Assembly: GCF_964204645.1 (NCBI RefSeq)
Contig: NC_134030.1
Location: 2,460,778-2,524,777 of the forward strand
DNA length: 64,000 bases
Direction: 5' to 3'
DNA from: Tubulanus polymorphus
Lineage: Eukaryota; Animalia; Nemertea
The notes under the pieces were generated by a model. That model did not search any database, was not told the DNA's origin, and saw only the letters and a list, made by a program, of their open reading frames with translations. Position numbers and translations under genes: made by a program. Positions 25,820 through 39,343 of the stretch are shown piece after piece. Positions within the stretch are counted from its first letter, which is position 1. Each line of letters starts with the position of its first letter.

Positions 25820-27220
25820 AAAAATTTGGAAACTTATTCTCAACGTTTAGCTTTTTAACTTAGGAGGATTAGAAAAGATTATGAATTTTCATAGGGCCTT
25901 GTAAATAATAGAACAATAAGGGCGCTCTCCAGCACACCGGTGAAGGCTTGAATAGAACTGAGCTGTTTATCCGGGCAGAAATTGAGCTGTCCGTCGAACT
26001 TCGCTGAAAAAGCTGAAACACTGAAACGCTGAAACTCTGAAAAGAAAACGCTGAAATTTCAGTATTCCCGAAAAACGCTGAAATTTCAGGGAATTCCCTA
26101 AAAACGGATCAAAGGATAAATTAGTAATATATATTATTCGTCGGATTAATACTGCTAGTATTCTATTAATAAAAGAATGAGTTGATATGAAATAGATCAA
26201 AAAATTTGATCACATGGGCGGATTTAGACCGTGTGGACCGTGTCGACCGTGTCGCCCGACTCGGTCGGAATTTTAAAGTGCCTTTTTATTTTTTATCCGT
26301 ATCAAAATTTGCCTTGGAACCACCTGAGATACACAATAGATAGTTTTCCTAAATATATAACCAATGTTTCTTGATTAAATGCCTCTCAGAAATGCTCAGC
26401 AAGCTCTAAAGTGATAGTAAATTTAATTTCAAAATTAAGAACCAGAGGCTGATATGCCTTTCCACCCTAAATTAAGATTTAATATGTCCTTGTCCTTTCT
26501 ATTGGTCGACATGGTCACAACATGCCCCTGGATCATAGTACGTTGCGATTACCACGACTTAAGATTTTTTTTTTAAGTTCTTAAGGTTCAAGATACGGAC
26601 ATTTTTGACTCCGCATCTAACCCTGAATCGTCATCAACGATTGATACAAAAAGTATGTTTTGATGTGTAGCATGTTGCACAGGTTCGAGTAAGAACTCTT
26701 ATCTGAGATAAATGCCCTCAGTACTTACTCCCTTTGTCTCTCTCTACCATAGAAATTGTATATTCTATATTGATTCATTTTCTATATTTTTATTTTAAAG
26801 TGCGCAGACCTTTTGTCAACCATCTACCATCGAAATTATATATTCTATATTGATTAATTTTCTATATTTTTATTCTAAAGTGCGCAGACCTTTTGTCAAC
26901 TGTCTACACCATCAAAATTGTATATTCTATATTGATTAATTTTCTATATTTTTAATTTTGAAGTGCGCACACCTCATTTGTGTAACGCGTTAGTGTGAAT
27001 AGGGCTAAGGCACGGGAGTACGCGTACACTCTTGACACTTTAGGAGAATCAACACATAAAATCAAAAGCAGGATATACAACTAAGAGAATTGAAAACGGA
27101 ATTTATCTTTACTGTCTTTATAAATTCTTGATTAAATAAATTTCTTTTTCAAATCTTTTGAATTAAAGCGTGTTTTGACCATAATACGCGAGCAGAGGCT
27201 GAGTAAACTTGTTATACAAA

Positions 27221-30200
27221 ATGCTGTGTAACTGTCCGAGAGTGATCGCTGCCTTTTCGTTGTCGATGACGTATTTCAGTACGGTAGGAAAATATCAGAT
27301 TTTACACATTTTTATCCAAAATGATTATCACCAGGGCCCAGTTTCACAAACAAGTTCAACTCAAATTTTTGGTGTAATTGCCATTGGTTACTTCATGTTT
27401 TCAATGAGGACAACCATTAAAACATAACTGTTTTAGGCTTAAACTGTTTCGTGAAACCGGGCCCTGTATGTAATAATAGATGAAATTGATAAACGCTGAA
27501 TTTGAATTAGATTAATTTTTTTAAGTCAGGGAAAATTTTTCATGTTCAATAAAATGCACCGAGTCGTTATCAATTTGTCGGTACCACTCTCAAGTGTTAG
27601 GTGAATTTACTGAAATTTAATTGAAAAAAAAACATTCATTTTCCTTTATTCTCATGCTAGATTTAGTAAGGTAATACAATATTTACAGCAGCCCCAATAC
27701 TAACTGAGTTCCCTGATTCTCAACTAGTAAGATTGTTAACATAATCTATACGCCGGGTGGATTTAGAGGGGGCTCATTGAGCCTGGACCCCTCAAACTTT
27801 TGCCAAGATTACATGCTAAGAAACTGGTCAATACTATCACAATTTTCTTGGGCGCTAGTGAAGATTAAAAAGAATTCAAATCGACCTGGAATTATGTGGT
27901 TTAATTTCAGACGACCTTGTTTTATCTGATTGGTACTTGTGTCTACGATATTCTGCCCGATTGCGGGATACTAAAATACATCAGTTTACACATGGTCCCT
28001 GTATGCCTGATAGACTTCTTACTTAAGACAAAGTACTTGAACTAATTACAACAACGATTGAGTGACATCGGTCAGTTTGAAAAATATTCGATTTTCTTCT
28101 TATTAGTAACTAGTGTATTCGTAAATATCAATTATTTATCCAGGAAGTAAGACAATCTAAATATTTGGATGGATATATGAAAGCTGTGGGTACTGGAGTG
28201 TGTAATTGGTAGTGTAGTGTGATCTGTGTGCATTTGTGGCCAGCACACAGATCACATTGTTCAATGGGGTTTGGTCCAGGACTCGCGAGATTTTCAACAA
28301 CACGGAAGTAACGTGTAATAAATGATGACTTGAATTGCATGACTACCTACCACCCCTCATTATTGTTGGAAAACTAAACGTTCGGCACTGACTAAAAATT
28401 AGTAATAACATTTTAGAAATGGCCAGAATTTTAACTTAGGTTCTATCTCATTTTTATTTTACAATTGCGATTGGTATAATTTTTTTTTAAACGGCCGTTA
28501 AGGCTTCGTGTTTCGTCTGCAATTCACTGCAAATAGTTACGCAACTACGCACATTTCAGTGTTTTTGGCAGCTGTACACTCAATCGGCACCGTTCGTGAC
28601 TAGCTTCACTGCGGAATTATCATTAACTAACATCGCCATATCACATCATCAACTTATATTGAGCCTTAAAACCCTAACAGCCGAAATAATTGAAAAGCAC
28701 ACACGATTTCTATCATTGAAAGTTGAGAGAGTGGCCATGTTTGTGTTTGCTGCTTCGCGTAAATCCCGCACGGTGGCGCAACCGCGCGGAGTGGGGCCGA
28801 TACGTCCAGTGAATCTGATCTGAGATAAGTGCACTAACTCTGACATCTGCATGTTAGTGCACCAGACGAACGTATTGATTCATTTCAAAATCGGTATTAA
28901 AAAATTAACGCCTACGAAATTGGCACTGAATTATTACTTAATTAATTAATTGGTAGAACAGTGAAATACGCGTGTACAAGCAGAACAGCCTGTAAATTCA
29001 CACGTGGAAAATAGATACGTATATTATACAATCTAAACCCACCGTATACTATTAGAAAGATTACAAAACGATATTTACTTTCAGAAATAAGAAATGGCGT
29101 TTGTATACATGACGATGATCTCTAGAGTGAGAGGTCAAGTCTGGTGTTTAATTCATGATTTATGAATTCGTTTTTAAATCCATTGAATGAGTGAGATATA
29201 TCGGTGGGTCTAAACTATTAATACGTGAGGTAGAATTCATTAACCTTAGAACATGCGGTGTAACTGTCCGAGAGTGATCGCTGACGTTTCATTGTCGAAG
29301 ACATTTTTCAGTACGGCAGATTTTAAGCATTTCCATCAAAAATGATTATTACAGAATTAATGAATATAGCAGCATGTAATGATAGATAAAATTGATAAAC
29401 GTTGAATTCATATTAAGTTAATTTTCAAGTCAGGTAATATCTTGTGTACAATTGACTGCACCTTAGTCGTTATCAATCTGTCGGTACCACTCTCAAATCT
29501 GAGGTGAATTTTACTGAAATTTATTTGAAAAAACCATTCATTTTCCTTGATTCTCAAATTAGATGTAGTGAAGTAGTGAAATATTTACAGCAGTCTCAAC
29601 GCGCTACCGAGTTCCCTGATTCCCAACTCGGTAAAATATTTACAGCAGTCTCAACTCTACCGAGTTCCCTGATTCTCAACTCGGTGAAATATTTACAGCA
29701 GTCCCAACTCTACCGAGTTCCCTGGTTCTCAACTCGGTGAGATATTTACAGCGGTCTCAACGCTACCGAGTTCCCTGGTTCTCAACTCGGTGAAATATTA
29801 AAAGCAGTCTCAACGCTACAGAGTTCCCTGATTCTCAACTCGTTGAAATATTTACAGCGGTCTCAACGCTATCGAGTTCCCTGATTCTCAACTCGTTGAA
29901 ATATTTACAGCAGTCTCAACGCTACCGAGTTCCCTGGTTCTCAACTCGGTGAAATATTTACAGCAGTCCCAACTCTACCGAGTTCCCTGGTTCTCAACTC
30001 GGTGAGATATTTACAGCGGTCTCAACGCTACCGAGTTCCCTGGTTCTCAACTCGGTGAAATATTAAAAGCAGTCTCAACGCTACCGAGTTCCCTGATTCT
30101 CAACTCGTTGAAATATTTACAGCGGTCCCAACTCTACCGAGTTCGCTGGTTCTCAACTCGGTGAAATATTTACAGCAGTCTCAACGCTACCGAGTTCCCT

Positions 30201-33200
30201 GATTCTCAACTCGTTGAAATATTTACAGCGGTCTCAACGCTATCGAGTTCCCTGATTCTCAACTCGGTGAAATATTTACAGCAGTCCCAACTCTACCGAG
30301 TTCCCTGGTTCTCAACTCGGTGAGATATTTACAGCGGTCTCAACGCTACCGAGTTCCCTGATTCTCAACTCGGTGAAATATTTACAGCGGTCTCAACGCT
30401 ATCGAGTTCCCTGATTCTCAACTCGTTGAAATATTTACAGCGGTCTCAACGCTATCGAGTTCCCTGATTCTCAACTCGTTGAAATATTTACAGCAGTCTC
30501 AACGCTATCGAGTTCCCTGATTCTCAACTCGTTGAAATATTTACAGCGGTCTCAACGCTATCGAGTTCCCTGATTCTCAACTCGTTGAAATATTTACAGC
30601 GGTCTCAACGCTATCGAGTTCCCTGATTCTCAACTCGTTGAAATATTTACAGCGGTCTCAACGCTATCGAGTTCCCTGATTCTCAACTCGTTGAAATATT
30701 TACAGCAGTCTCAACGCTATCGAGTTCCCTGATTCTCAACTCGGTGAAATATTTACAGCAGTCTCAACGCTACAGAGTTCCCTGATTCTCAACTCGTTGA
30801 AATATTTACAGCGGTCTCAACGCTATCGAGTTCCCTGATTCTCAACTCGTTGAAATATTTACAGCAGTCTCAACGCTATCGAGTTCCCTGATTCTCAACT
30901 CGTTGAAATATTTACAGCGGTCTCAACACGCTATCGAGTTCCCTGGTTCTCAACTCGGTGAAATATTTACAGCAGTCTCAACTCTACCGAGTTCCCTGGT
31001 TCTCAACTCGTTGAAATATTTACAGCAGTCCCAACGCTACCGAGTTCCCTGGTTCTCAACTCGGTGAAATATTAAAAGCAGTCCCAAAGGTACAGAGTTC
31101 CCTGATTCTCAACTCGTTGAAATATTTACAGCGGTCTCAACGCGCTACCGAGTTCCCTGATTCTCAACTCGGTGAAATATTTACAGCAGTCTCAATTCTA
31201 CTGAGTTCCCTGGTTCTCAATTCGGTGGAATATTTACAGCAGTCTCAACGCTACCGAGTTCCCTGATTCTTAACTCGGTGAAATATTTACAGCAGTCTCA
31301 ACTCTACCGAGTTCCCTGATTCTCAACTCGGTGAAATATTTACAACAGTCTCAACGCTATCGAGTTCCCTGGTTCTCAACCCGGTAAAATATTAAAGCAG
31401 TCCCAAAGGTACAGAGTTCCCTGGTTCTCAACCCGGTGAAATATTAAAAGCAGTCCCAAAGGTTCAGAGTAAGGTGGTATCATCTATAACATTGATAGAA
31501 ATCATTATTCTGATTTCCATTTATTTAAAAAGAAATTCTACAAAGCTGTTTATCACCATATTACAATGTTATATATATATATGCATCATCGTGTCCACGT
31601 ACATCTAAAATTCGGTCTTTTTAAGAAATGAATGATAATAATTCTTCCCTCCGCGATTTTAATCCTCCGAAAGATTAGCAATTTGAATACGGTTTCAATT
31701 ACGAAACATATGTTACGTATAAAAGTATGGACTTAATATCAGTTGAATGAGGAACATTAATTAGTTCCTGAAATGATTGAATATTTTTGAAAATTATTCT
31801 AAAAATTAACGAACTTCTATTTTCGAGAGCGTGTGTCGAAAATTGACCACATGTTTTTATATCGCTCTCATGTCGCATTGTACCGTATTTGTGAAATGAA
31901 TTTTACAAAACTAAAAACCAGAGATTCACGCAGTTTGAATGTTTTGTCAAAATCCATCAAATAACCGGTGAAATATGATAAACAAGTATCAGAAATAGGA
32001 AGAAAAAAATACCCAACGATGTAGGACAAAATACCCTAATAAAATGGCGGCTGTCAACCGTAAAATGGTTTATTGAGATTAACTGGGTACAAGGCCTCGT
32101 TTAGACATTTAGATAATTACGGTTGATAAAACAGTATATCCGCGTTGAAGCGATGTAGAGAGAATCCCACAATAATAACGAAAAACTGTCCGAAAATGTA
32201 ACTGAAGCTAGAGTTTATTCAACGTTTCTACTATATCCCAATAGTAATCTTCATTATTGTGGGATTCTGTCTGCATTTAGATAATGATTGTGGGAGATTA
32301 GAAAAATTCAAATTGACATAGAATTTTGTGGTTTAATTGCAGACGGCCTTGTTGTATCTGATTGGTACTTGTGTCTACGATATTCTGCTACAAAACAACG
32401 CATCGCAGTCGCAGGAATGGATAGTGTTTCTTTCGCAAGGAATCGGTGTCGGAATGTCGGCAGTATTTTGTCTGCTTATAGTCTGGTTGACAGAGCAGTT
32501 CCTTCTTATGACGCTCTGCGCAATTCTCGTTTTAAACGGAGTGGCGACGATCGTCTGTGGCGTCAGCACGAATTTCATCCTGACCAATGTCTGGTTAGCG
32601 ATAGGTGGCGTAGCAGTCGGATCGGGAGAGGTGGGTACGTACCTTTTATTAGAATCAAATTAATCGCATGTTTGTGATTTTTGATTTGAATTAAAAACAA
32701 ATTTTTTCTTTGAATATCAATGGCCATGTCGATAATAGTAACACAGGGCACAATTCCAAGTGTGTCAAGATTTGACTCAACTCTGAAAATGAACTAATTT
32801 CTTCAATCTCATTCTATTGTGCTCTTTACAACTTTATGTGTCTTTCTACCTTCTTGTATGATTTGATACGAATAATAGAAAAGAATAGAATAAATTTCAA
32901 CTCTGAGTTAATTCTAACTCACAACTGACTGTGGAACTGGATCCTGAGTTCAGAGTTCAAACTCACAACTGTGGAACTGCGTACTCCTGTGTTCTGTGTT
33001 GAGAGTTAACTCTAACTCACAACTGTATAACTTGATCCTGGGTTCAGAGTTAACTCTAACTCGCAACTGTGGAACTGGATCCTGAGTTCAGAGTTAACTC
33101 TAACTCGCAACTGTGGAACTGGATCCTGAGTTCAGAGTTAACTCTAACTCACAACTGTTGAACTGGATCCTGAGTTCAGAGTTAACTATAACTCACAACT

Positions 33201-34322
33201 TTAGAACTGAATCCTGAGTTCAGAGTTAACTCACAACTGTGGAACTGGATCTTGACTATTGCTTGGTTTATTATCGTTTCAGTAAATGCGTTGGTTTGTG
33301 TCAGCATCTACGAGGAAAAAAGTGCGCCTATGTTGCAGTTATTGACACTGGCGACAGGTGTCGCCAATATCGGGGGACCCGCGTTTATTGCGCCGTTTCT
33401 GTGTCCAGTCGCTTACGAAATCGTCAAAGATCGCAATAATATCGAAAACTCCACACAAAAATCTAGTCTCAAAACCATCAATTCATCGATGTCAATCAGC
33501 GACGACGTTCATAATGATTTCACGGTCAGTAATCCAACAGTCCCTAACTTTATCTACCCGTTTTCGCTCTTTGCCGCCTGTTCGTTTCTCGGAGCCGTCG
33601 GGTTTTTGATCCTATTTATTTGGGAACGACGAACCGACGAGAATATATTCGACGTTGACGCCGAAAAACTGGAAACTCGACTGATACCCGAAACGAAACG
33701 TCGACAGAAGAAACCGAACGCCCGAATTTTGACTTTGATTTTATCGGGTTGTATGCAGTTTAACATCGGTGGAATTCAGAACGTTCTCGGTAATTTATTG
33801 ACAACATACGTCGTGAATTTCGGGCACGATATAAACACGAAGGAAGCCGCTCATCTCGGAACCTTGGTGCAATTGATGTTGATGTTGGCTCGATTTCTGA
33901 GCGTCCCGATTAGTTACAGATTCGGATCCTCGCCGCCGTTAGGTATCGGGATAGTATTATATCTGATCAGTAGTTTACTGCTATCGTGCGACCCGACCAA
34001 GACGCAGTTACTGTACGCGGCCTTCCTCGGTCAAGGGTTCGGATCCGGTCCTATATCACCGGCAGTATTAGGCTGGTTACCGGAGAAATATGAGATATCG
34101 AAATGGATTCACACGCTGACGATTCTCCCATTCCTCGCGGGGCATTTCGCTATGGGTCCTTTAACAGCTAAATGCATGCAGATGTTCGGTCGCTGGTCGC
34201 TAATGGTGATTTCTACGATACATGGGTTTTTATTGGTTGTCTGTTTTATCGTAATGAATCGGCTGTTGAGAAAAGATCGTGAAAAATCAGATTCATCAAT
34301 CAAGTCCAAACAAATTGAATAA
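27221..34322 (+). CDS. MFSD4/NaGLT1-like transporter copy 3, ~464 aa; likely exons 27221-27283, 32343-32634, 33283-34322
   Basis: Near-identical to copy 2; TAT>TAA shortens the C-terminus. Confidence 0.7.
29577..31470. repeat. 53-bp hairpin satellite x~35
   Basis: Same unit as 14123-15640. Confidence 0.95.
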
Positions 34323-35295
34323 AGGTGGAAATAAAAAAATTGGGAAACTTATTTTCAACGTTTAGCTTTTTAACTTCGGAGGATTAGAAAAGATTATGAA
34401 TTTTCATAGGGCCTTGTAAATAATAGAACAATAAAGGCGTTCTCCGGCACACCGGTGAAGGCTTGAATAAAACTGAGCTGTCCATCCGGGCAGAAATTGA
34501 GCTGTCCGTCGAACTTCGCTGAAAAAGCTGAAAAGCTGAAAAGAAAACGCTGAAATTTCAGGGAATTCCCTAAAAACGGATCAAAGGATTAATTAGAAAT
34601 ATGTATCATTCATCGGATTAATACTGCTAGTATTCTATTAATAAAAGAATGAGTTGATTTGAGAAATAGATCAAAAATTTGATCATAGTACGTTGCGACT
34701 ACCACGACTTAAGATATTTTTTTAAGTTCTAAAGGTTCAAGATACGGACATTTTTGGCTCCATCTAACTCTGAATCGTCATCAACGATTGATACAAAAAG
34801 TATGTTTTGATGTGTAGCATGTTGCACAGGTTCGAGTCAGAACTCTTATCAGAGATAAATGCACTCAGTACTTACTCCCTTTGTCTCTCTCTGCCATCGA
34901 AATTGTATATTCTATATTGATTCATTTTCTATATTTTTATTTTAAAGTGCGCAGACCTTTTGTCAACTGTCTACACCATCAAAATTGTATATTCTATATT
35001 GATTAATTTTCTATATTTTTAATTTTGAAGTGCGCACACCTCATTTGTGTAACGCGTTAGTGTGAATAGGGCTAAGGCACGGGAGTACGCGTACACTCTT
35101 GACACTTTAGGAGAATCAACACATAAAATCAAAACCAGGATATACAACTAAGATAATTGAAAACGGAATTTATCTTCACTGTCTTTATAAATTCTTGATT
35201 CAATAAATTTCTTTTTCAAATCTTTTGAATTAAATATATGAAGCGTGTTTTGACCATAATACGCGAGCAGAGGCTGAATAAACTTGTTATACAAA

Positions 35296-35358
35296 ATGCT
35301 GTGTAACTGTCCGAGAGTGATCGCTGCCTTTTCATTGTCGATGACGTATTTCAGTACG
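35296..35358 (+). other. Orphan or alternative MFS exon 1 (MLCNCPRVIAAFSLSMTYFST) with intact donor
   Basis: ATG...ACG|GTAGGA; it has no exon 2 of its own, but could splice to 37846. Confidence 0.6.
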
Positions 35359-35742
35359 GTAGGAAGAATATCAGATTTTACACATTTTTACCCAAAATGA
35401 TTATTACCAATATGTAATAATAGATGAAATTGATAAACGTTGAATTTGAATTAAATTAATTTTCTAAGTCAGGGAAAATTTTTTATGTTCAATAAAATCC
35501 ACCTAGTCGTTATCAATTTGTCGGCACCACTCTCAAATGTTAGGTGAATTTACTGAAATTTAATTGTGAAAACCCTTCATTTTCCTTTATTCTCATGCTA
35601 GATTTAGTAAATTAATAAAATATTTACAGCAGTCCCAACACTAACTGAGTTCCCTGATTCTCAACTCGGTGAAATATCTACAGCTGTCCCAACGCTACCC
35701 AGTAAGATTTTAACATAATCTATACGGGTGGATTAAGCGGGG

Positions 35743-35902
35743 GCTCTCTCTCTCCCTCTCCCTTTCTCTCTCCCTCCCCTCCCCCTCCCCTCCTCACCCT
35801 CCCCCTCCCCTCCTCCTCCCCCTCCCTCCATTTCTTCCACCCCTCCCCCTCCCTCTCTCCCTTCCCCCTCCTCATCCCCCTCCCTCTCTCCCCCTTTCTC
35901 TC
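35743..35902. repeat. Polypyrimidine (C/T) tract at a rearrangement junction
   Basis: Joins B-type intron sequence to A-type intron sequence (ACGATTTTAATCCCCCGAAAG, cf. 15823). Confidence 0.85.
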
Positions 35903-37316
35903 CACGATTTTAATCCCCCGAAAGATTACCAATTTGAATACGGTTTCAATTTACGAAACATATGTTACGTGCGTATAAAAGTATGGAAGTGCGTATAAAA
36001 GATGACGTATCATCCAGCGAGCCGTATGATCATGGTTAATGTTTAGAAACTTCACCAGAGCCCGTCATATCATAAGCATTTCGCGAAAACAGTTCTAGCA
36101 GGATTTCATTTCAATAGCATGAAAGGAAGTAATAATTAAAAATATAGCTGCAAAGCAGCGATAACGGGTTTTCTGAATGCATGTGATCGAAAGGAAAAAT
36201 TAATTACCGGGTATTCGATGGAAAAAATAAAATGAGATGATTCGGATATTATCGGAGCAATCATCTTTTTGGTTGAATGTTCTAACCCCAGTATAGTCCC
36301 CCGTGATTTGGAAATTCTCGGAGCCCTCCTTTATTTACTTACTAAATGACGTCACAAATTGTTATTTCGCCGGTGCTTGTTGTCTAACAATTCAATTCAA
36401 TTCTTTATTTACATTAACCTAATAAGTAATTTTAAGTTTCAAATAGGATGGAAAGTACATTCAGACAATCTGTTGGTTCAGAGAGACCGTTATTACAGTA
36501 TCAATTTATACATTTCGTTTCGAAGCTGTCAGTTGCCGAATCTGAATGAAGATGAATTTTATTTGACGAAATCGGCGGAAAATATATAATGATAATAATA
36601 ATCAACAGAATTTCAAGAGGGTTTTCGACGAAGGTCAGAAAACCCTAATAATTAGTTATCCAATACAGATAGATGTGAAAATCAAGATTCATAGAAGATT
36701 GATTAGAACATTCATCGGATTGATAATACTTCTTGTATTCGATTAATAAAGTTGTGACCAGTTGAAATGAAATAGATCAAAAATTTAATCATAGTACGTT
36801 GAGGTTATACCACGACTTAAGATATGTTTAAGTTCAAAAGGTTCAAGATACGCACATTTTTGTCACTGTCTAAACCTGAATCGCGATCAACAATTGAAAT
36901 GAAAATTATCATGTTTTGATGTTTAGCATGTTGCACCTGTTCGCAATAAGTACTCTCATCTGAGATAAGTGCACTCAGTACTACTCCCTTAGTCACTCTC
37001 TACCATCGAAATTGTATATTGTATATTGATTCATTTCAATACCGCATACCACATTCGTGTATCGCTATGGCGTGAAGGTCTAAGTCACGGAAATACGCGT
37101 GAAACAGCCTGGTACACTCGTGACACTTGGAGAATCAGCATATAAAATCAAAACCGGGATGCAGTTAAAAGATTGAAAACGGAATTTATCTATCCCCTGT
37201 CTTTTGAAATTCTTGATTTAATAAATTTCGTTTTCAAATCTTTTGAATTAAATATATAAAGCGTGTTTTGACCATAATACGCGAGCAGAGGCTGAATAAA
37301 CTTGTTGTTATACAAA

Positions 37317-39343
37317 ATGCTGTGTAACTGTCCGAGAGTGATCGCTGCCTTTTCATTGTCGATGACGTGTTTCAGTACGGTAGGAAAATACCAGATTTTA
37401 CACATTTTTATCCAAATTAATAATTATTATAAGTTGTAATGATAGAAAAAAGTTGACGAACGTTGAATTAATATCAAATTGATTTTTAAGTCAGGAAATA
37501 TTTCGTGTACAATAGACTACACGTTAGTCGTAATCCATTTGTCGGTACCACTCTCAAATCGGAGGTAAATTTACTGAAATTCATTTGAAAAACCCTTCAT
37601 TTTTCTTTATTCTCAAATTAGATGTAGCTAATTAGCAAAATATTTACAGCTGTCCCAACGCTACCGAGTAACATAGTTAATCATAAACTTTACGGGTGGA
37701 TTTAGAGGGGGCTCATGGAGCCTGGATCCCTCAATTCTTTGCCAAGATAACATGCTCAGTAAATGGTCAATACTTTCACAATCTTCTTGGGGAGCTACTG
37801 AAGATTAGGAGTATTCGAATTGACATGGAAGTGGTTTAATTTCAGACGGCCTTGTTTTATCTGATTGGTACTTGTGTCTACGATATTCTGCTACAAAACA
37901 ACGCATCGCAGTCGCAGGAATGGATAGTGTTTCTCTCGCAAGGAATCGGTGTCGGAATGTCGGCAGTATTTTGTCTGCTTATAGTCTGGTTGACAGAACA
38001 GTTCCTTCTTATGACGCTCTGCGCAATTCTCGTTTTAAACGGAGTGGCGACGATCGTCTGTGGCGTCAGTACGAATTTCATTCTGACCAATGTCTGGTTA
38101 GCGATAGGTGGCGTAGCGGTCGGATCGGCACAGCTAGGTACCTTTATCTATAATCAAATTAAACGCATATTTTGTGAGACAACTTTAATTTACAACTGTG
38201 GAACTGGATCCTGAGTTCACAGAGTTAATTGTAACACACAACTGTGGAACTGGATCTCCTTGTGTTCAGAATTAACTTACAAACTGGATCCTGACTATTG
38301 CCTGGTTTATTATCGTTTCAGTAAATACGTTGGTTTGTGTCAGCATCTACGAGGAAAAAAGTGCACCGATGTTGCAGTTAATGAACCTAGCGACATGTGT
38401 CGCCTGTATCGGGGGACCCGCGTTTATTGCGCCGTTTCTGTCTCCAGTCGCTTACGAAATCGTCAAAGATCGCAATAATATCGAAAACTCCACGCAAAAA
38501 TCTAATTCTAGTCTAAAAACCATCAATTCATCGATGTCAATCAGCGACGACGTCGATAATAATTTCACGGTCAGTAATCCAACAGTCACTAACTATATCT
38601 ACCCGTTTTCGCTCTTTGCCGCCTGTTCGTTTCTCGGAGCCGTTGGGTTTCTGATCCTATCTATTTGGGAACGACGAACCGACGAGAATATATTCGACGT
38701 TGACGCCGAAAAAGTGGAAACTCGACTGATACCCGAAACGAAACGTCGACAGAAGAAACCGAACGCCCGAATTTTGACTTTGATTTTATCGGGTTGTATG
38801 CAGTTTAACATCGGTGGAATTCAGAACGTTCTCGGTAATTTATTGACAACATACGTCGTGAATTTCGGGCACGATATAAACACGAAGGAAGCCGCTCATC
38901 TCGGCACCTTGGTGCAATTGATGTTGATGTTGGCTCGATTTCTGAGCGTCCCGATTAGTTACAGATTCGGATCCTCGCCGCCGTTAGGTATCGGGATAGT
39001 ATTATATCTGATCAGTAGTTTACTGCTATCGTGCGACACGACCAAGACGCAGTTACTGTACGCGGCCTTCCTCGGTCAAGGGTTCGGATCCGGTCCTATA
39101 TTACCGGCAGTATTAGGCTGGTTACCGGAGAAATATGAGATATCGAAATGGATTCACACGCTGACGATTCTCCCAGTCCTTGCGGGGCATTTCGCTATGG
39201 GTCCTTTAACAGCTAAATGCATGCAGACGTTCGGTCGCTGGTCGCTAATGGTGATTTCTACGATACATGGGTTTTTATTGGTTGTCTGTTTTATCGTAAT
39301 GAATCGGCTGTTGAGAAAAGATCGTGAAAAATCAGATTCATAA
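37317..39343 (+). CDS. MFSD4/NaGLT1-like transporter copy 4, ~458 aa, compact introns; exons 37317-37379, 37846-38137, 38322-39343
   Basis: All GT-AG junctions are intact and in frame (63+292+1022 nt); TCA>TAA truncates the tail. Confidence 0.85.
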
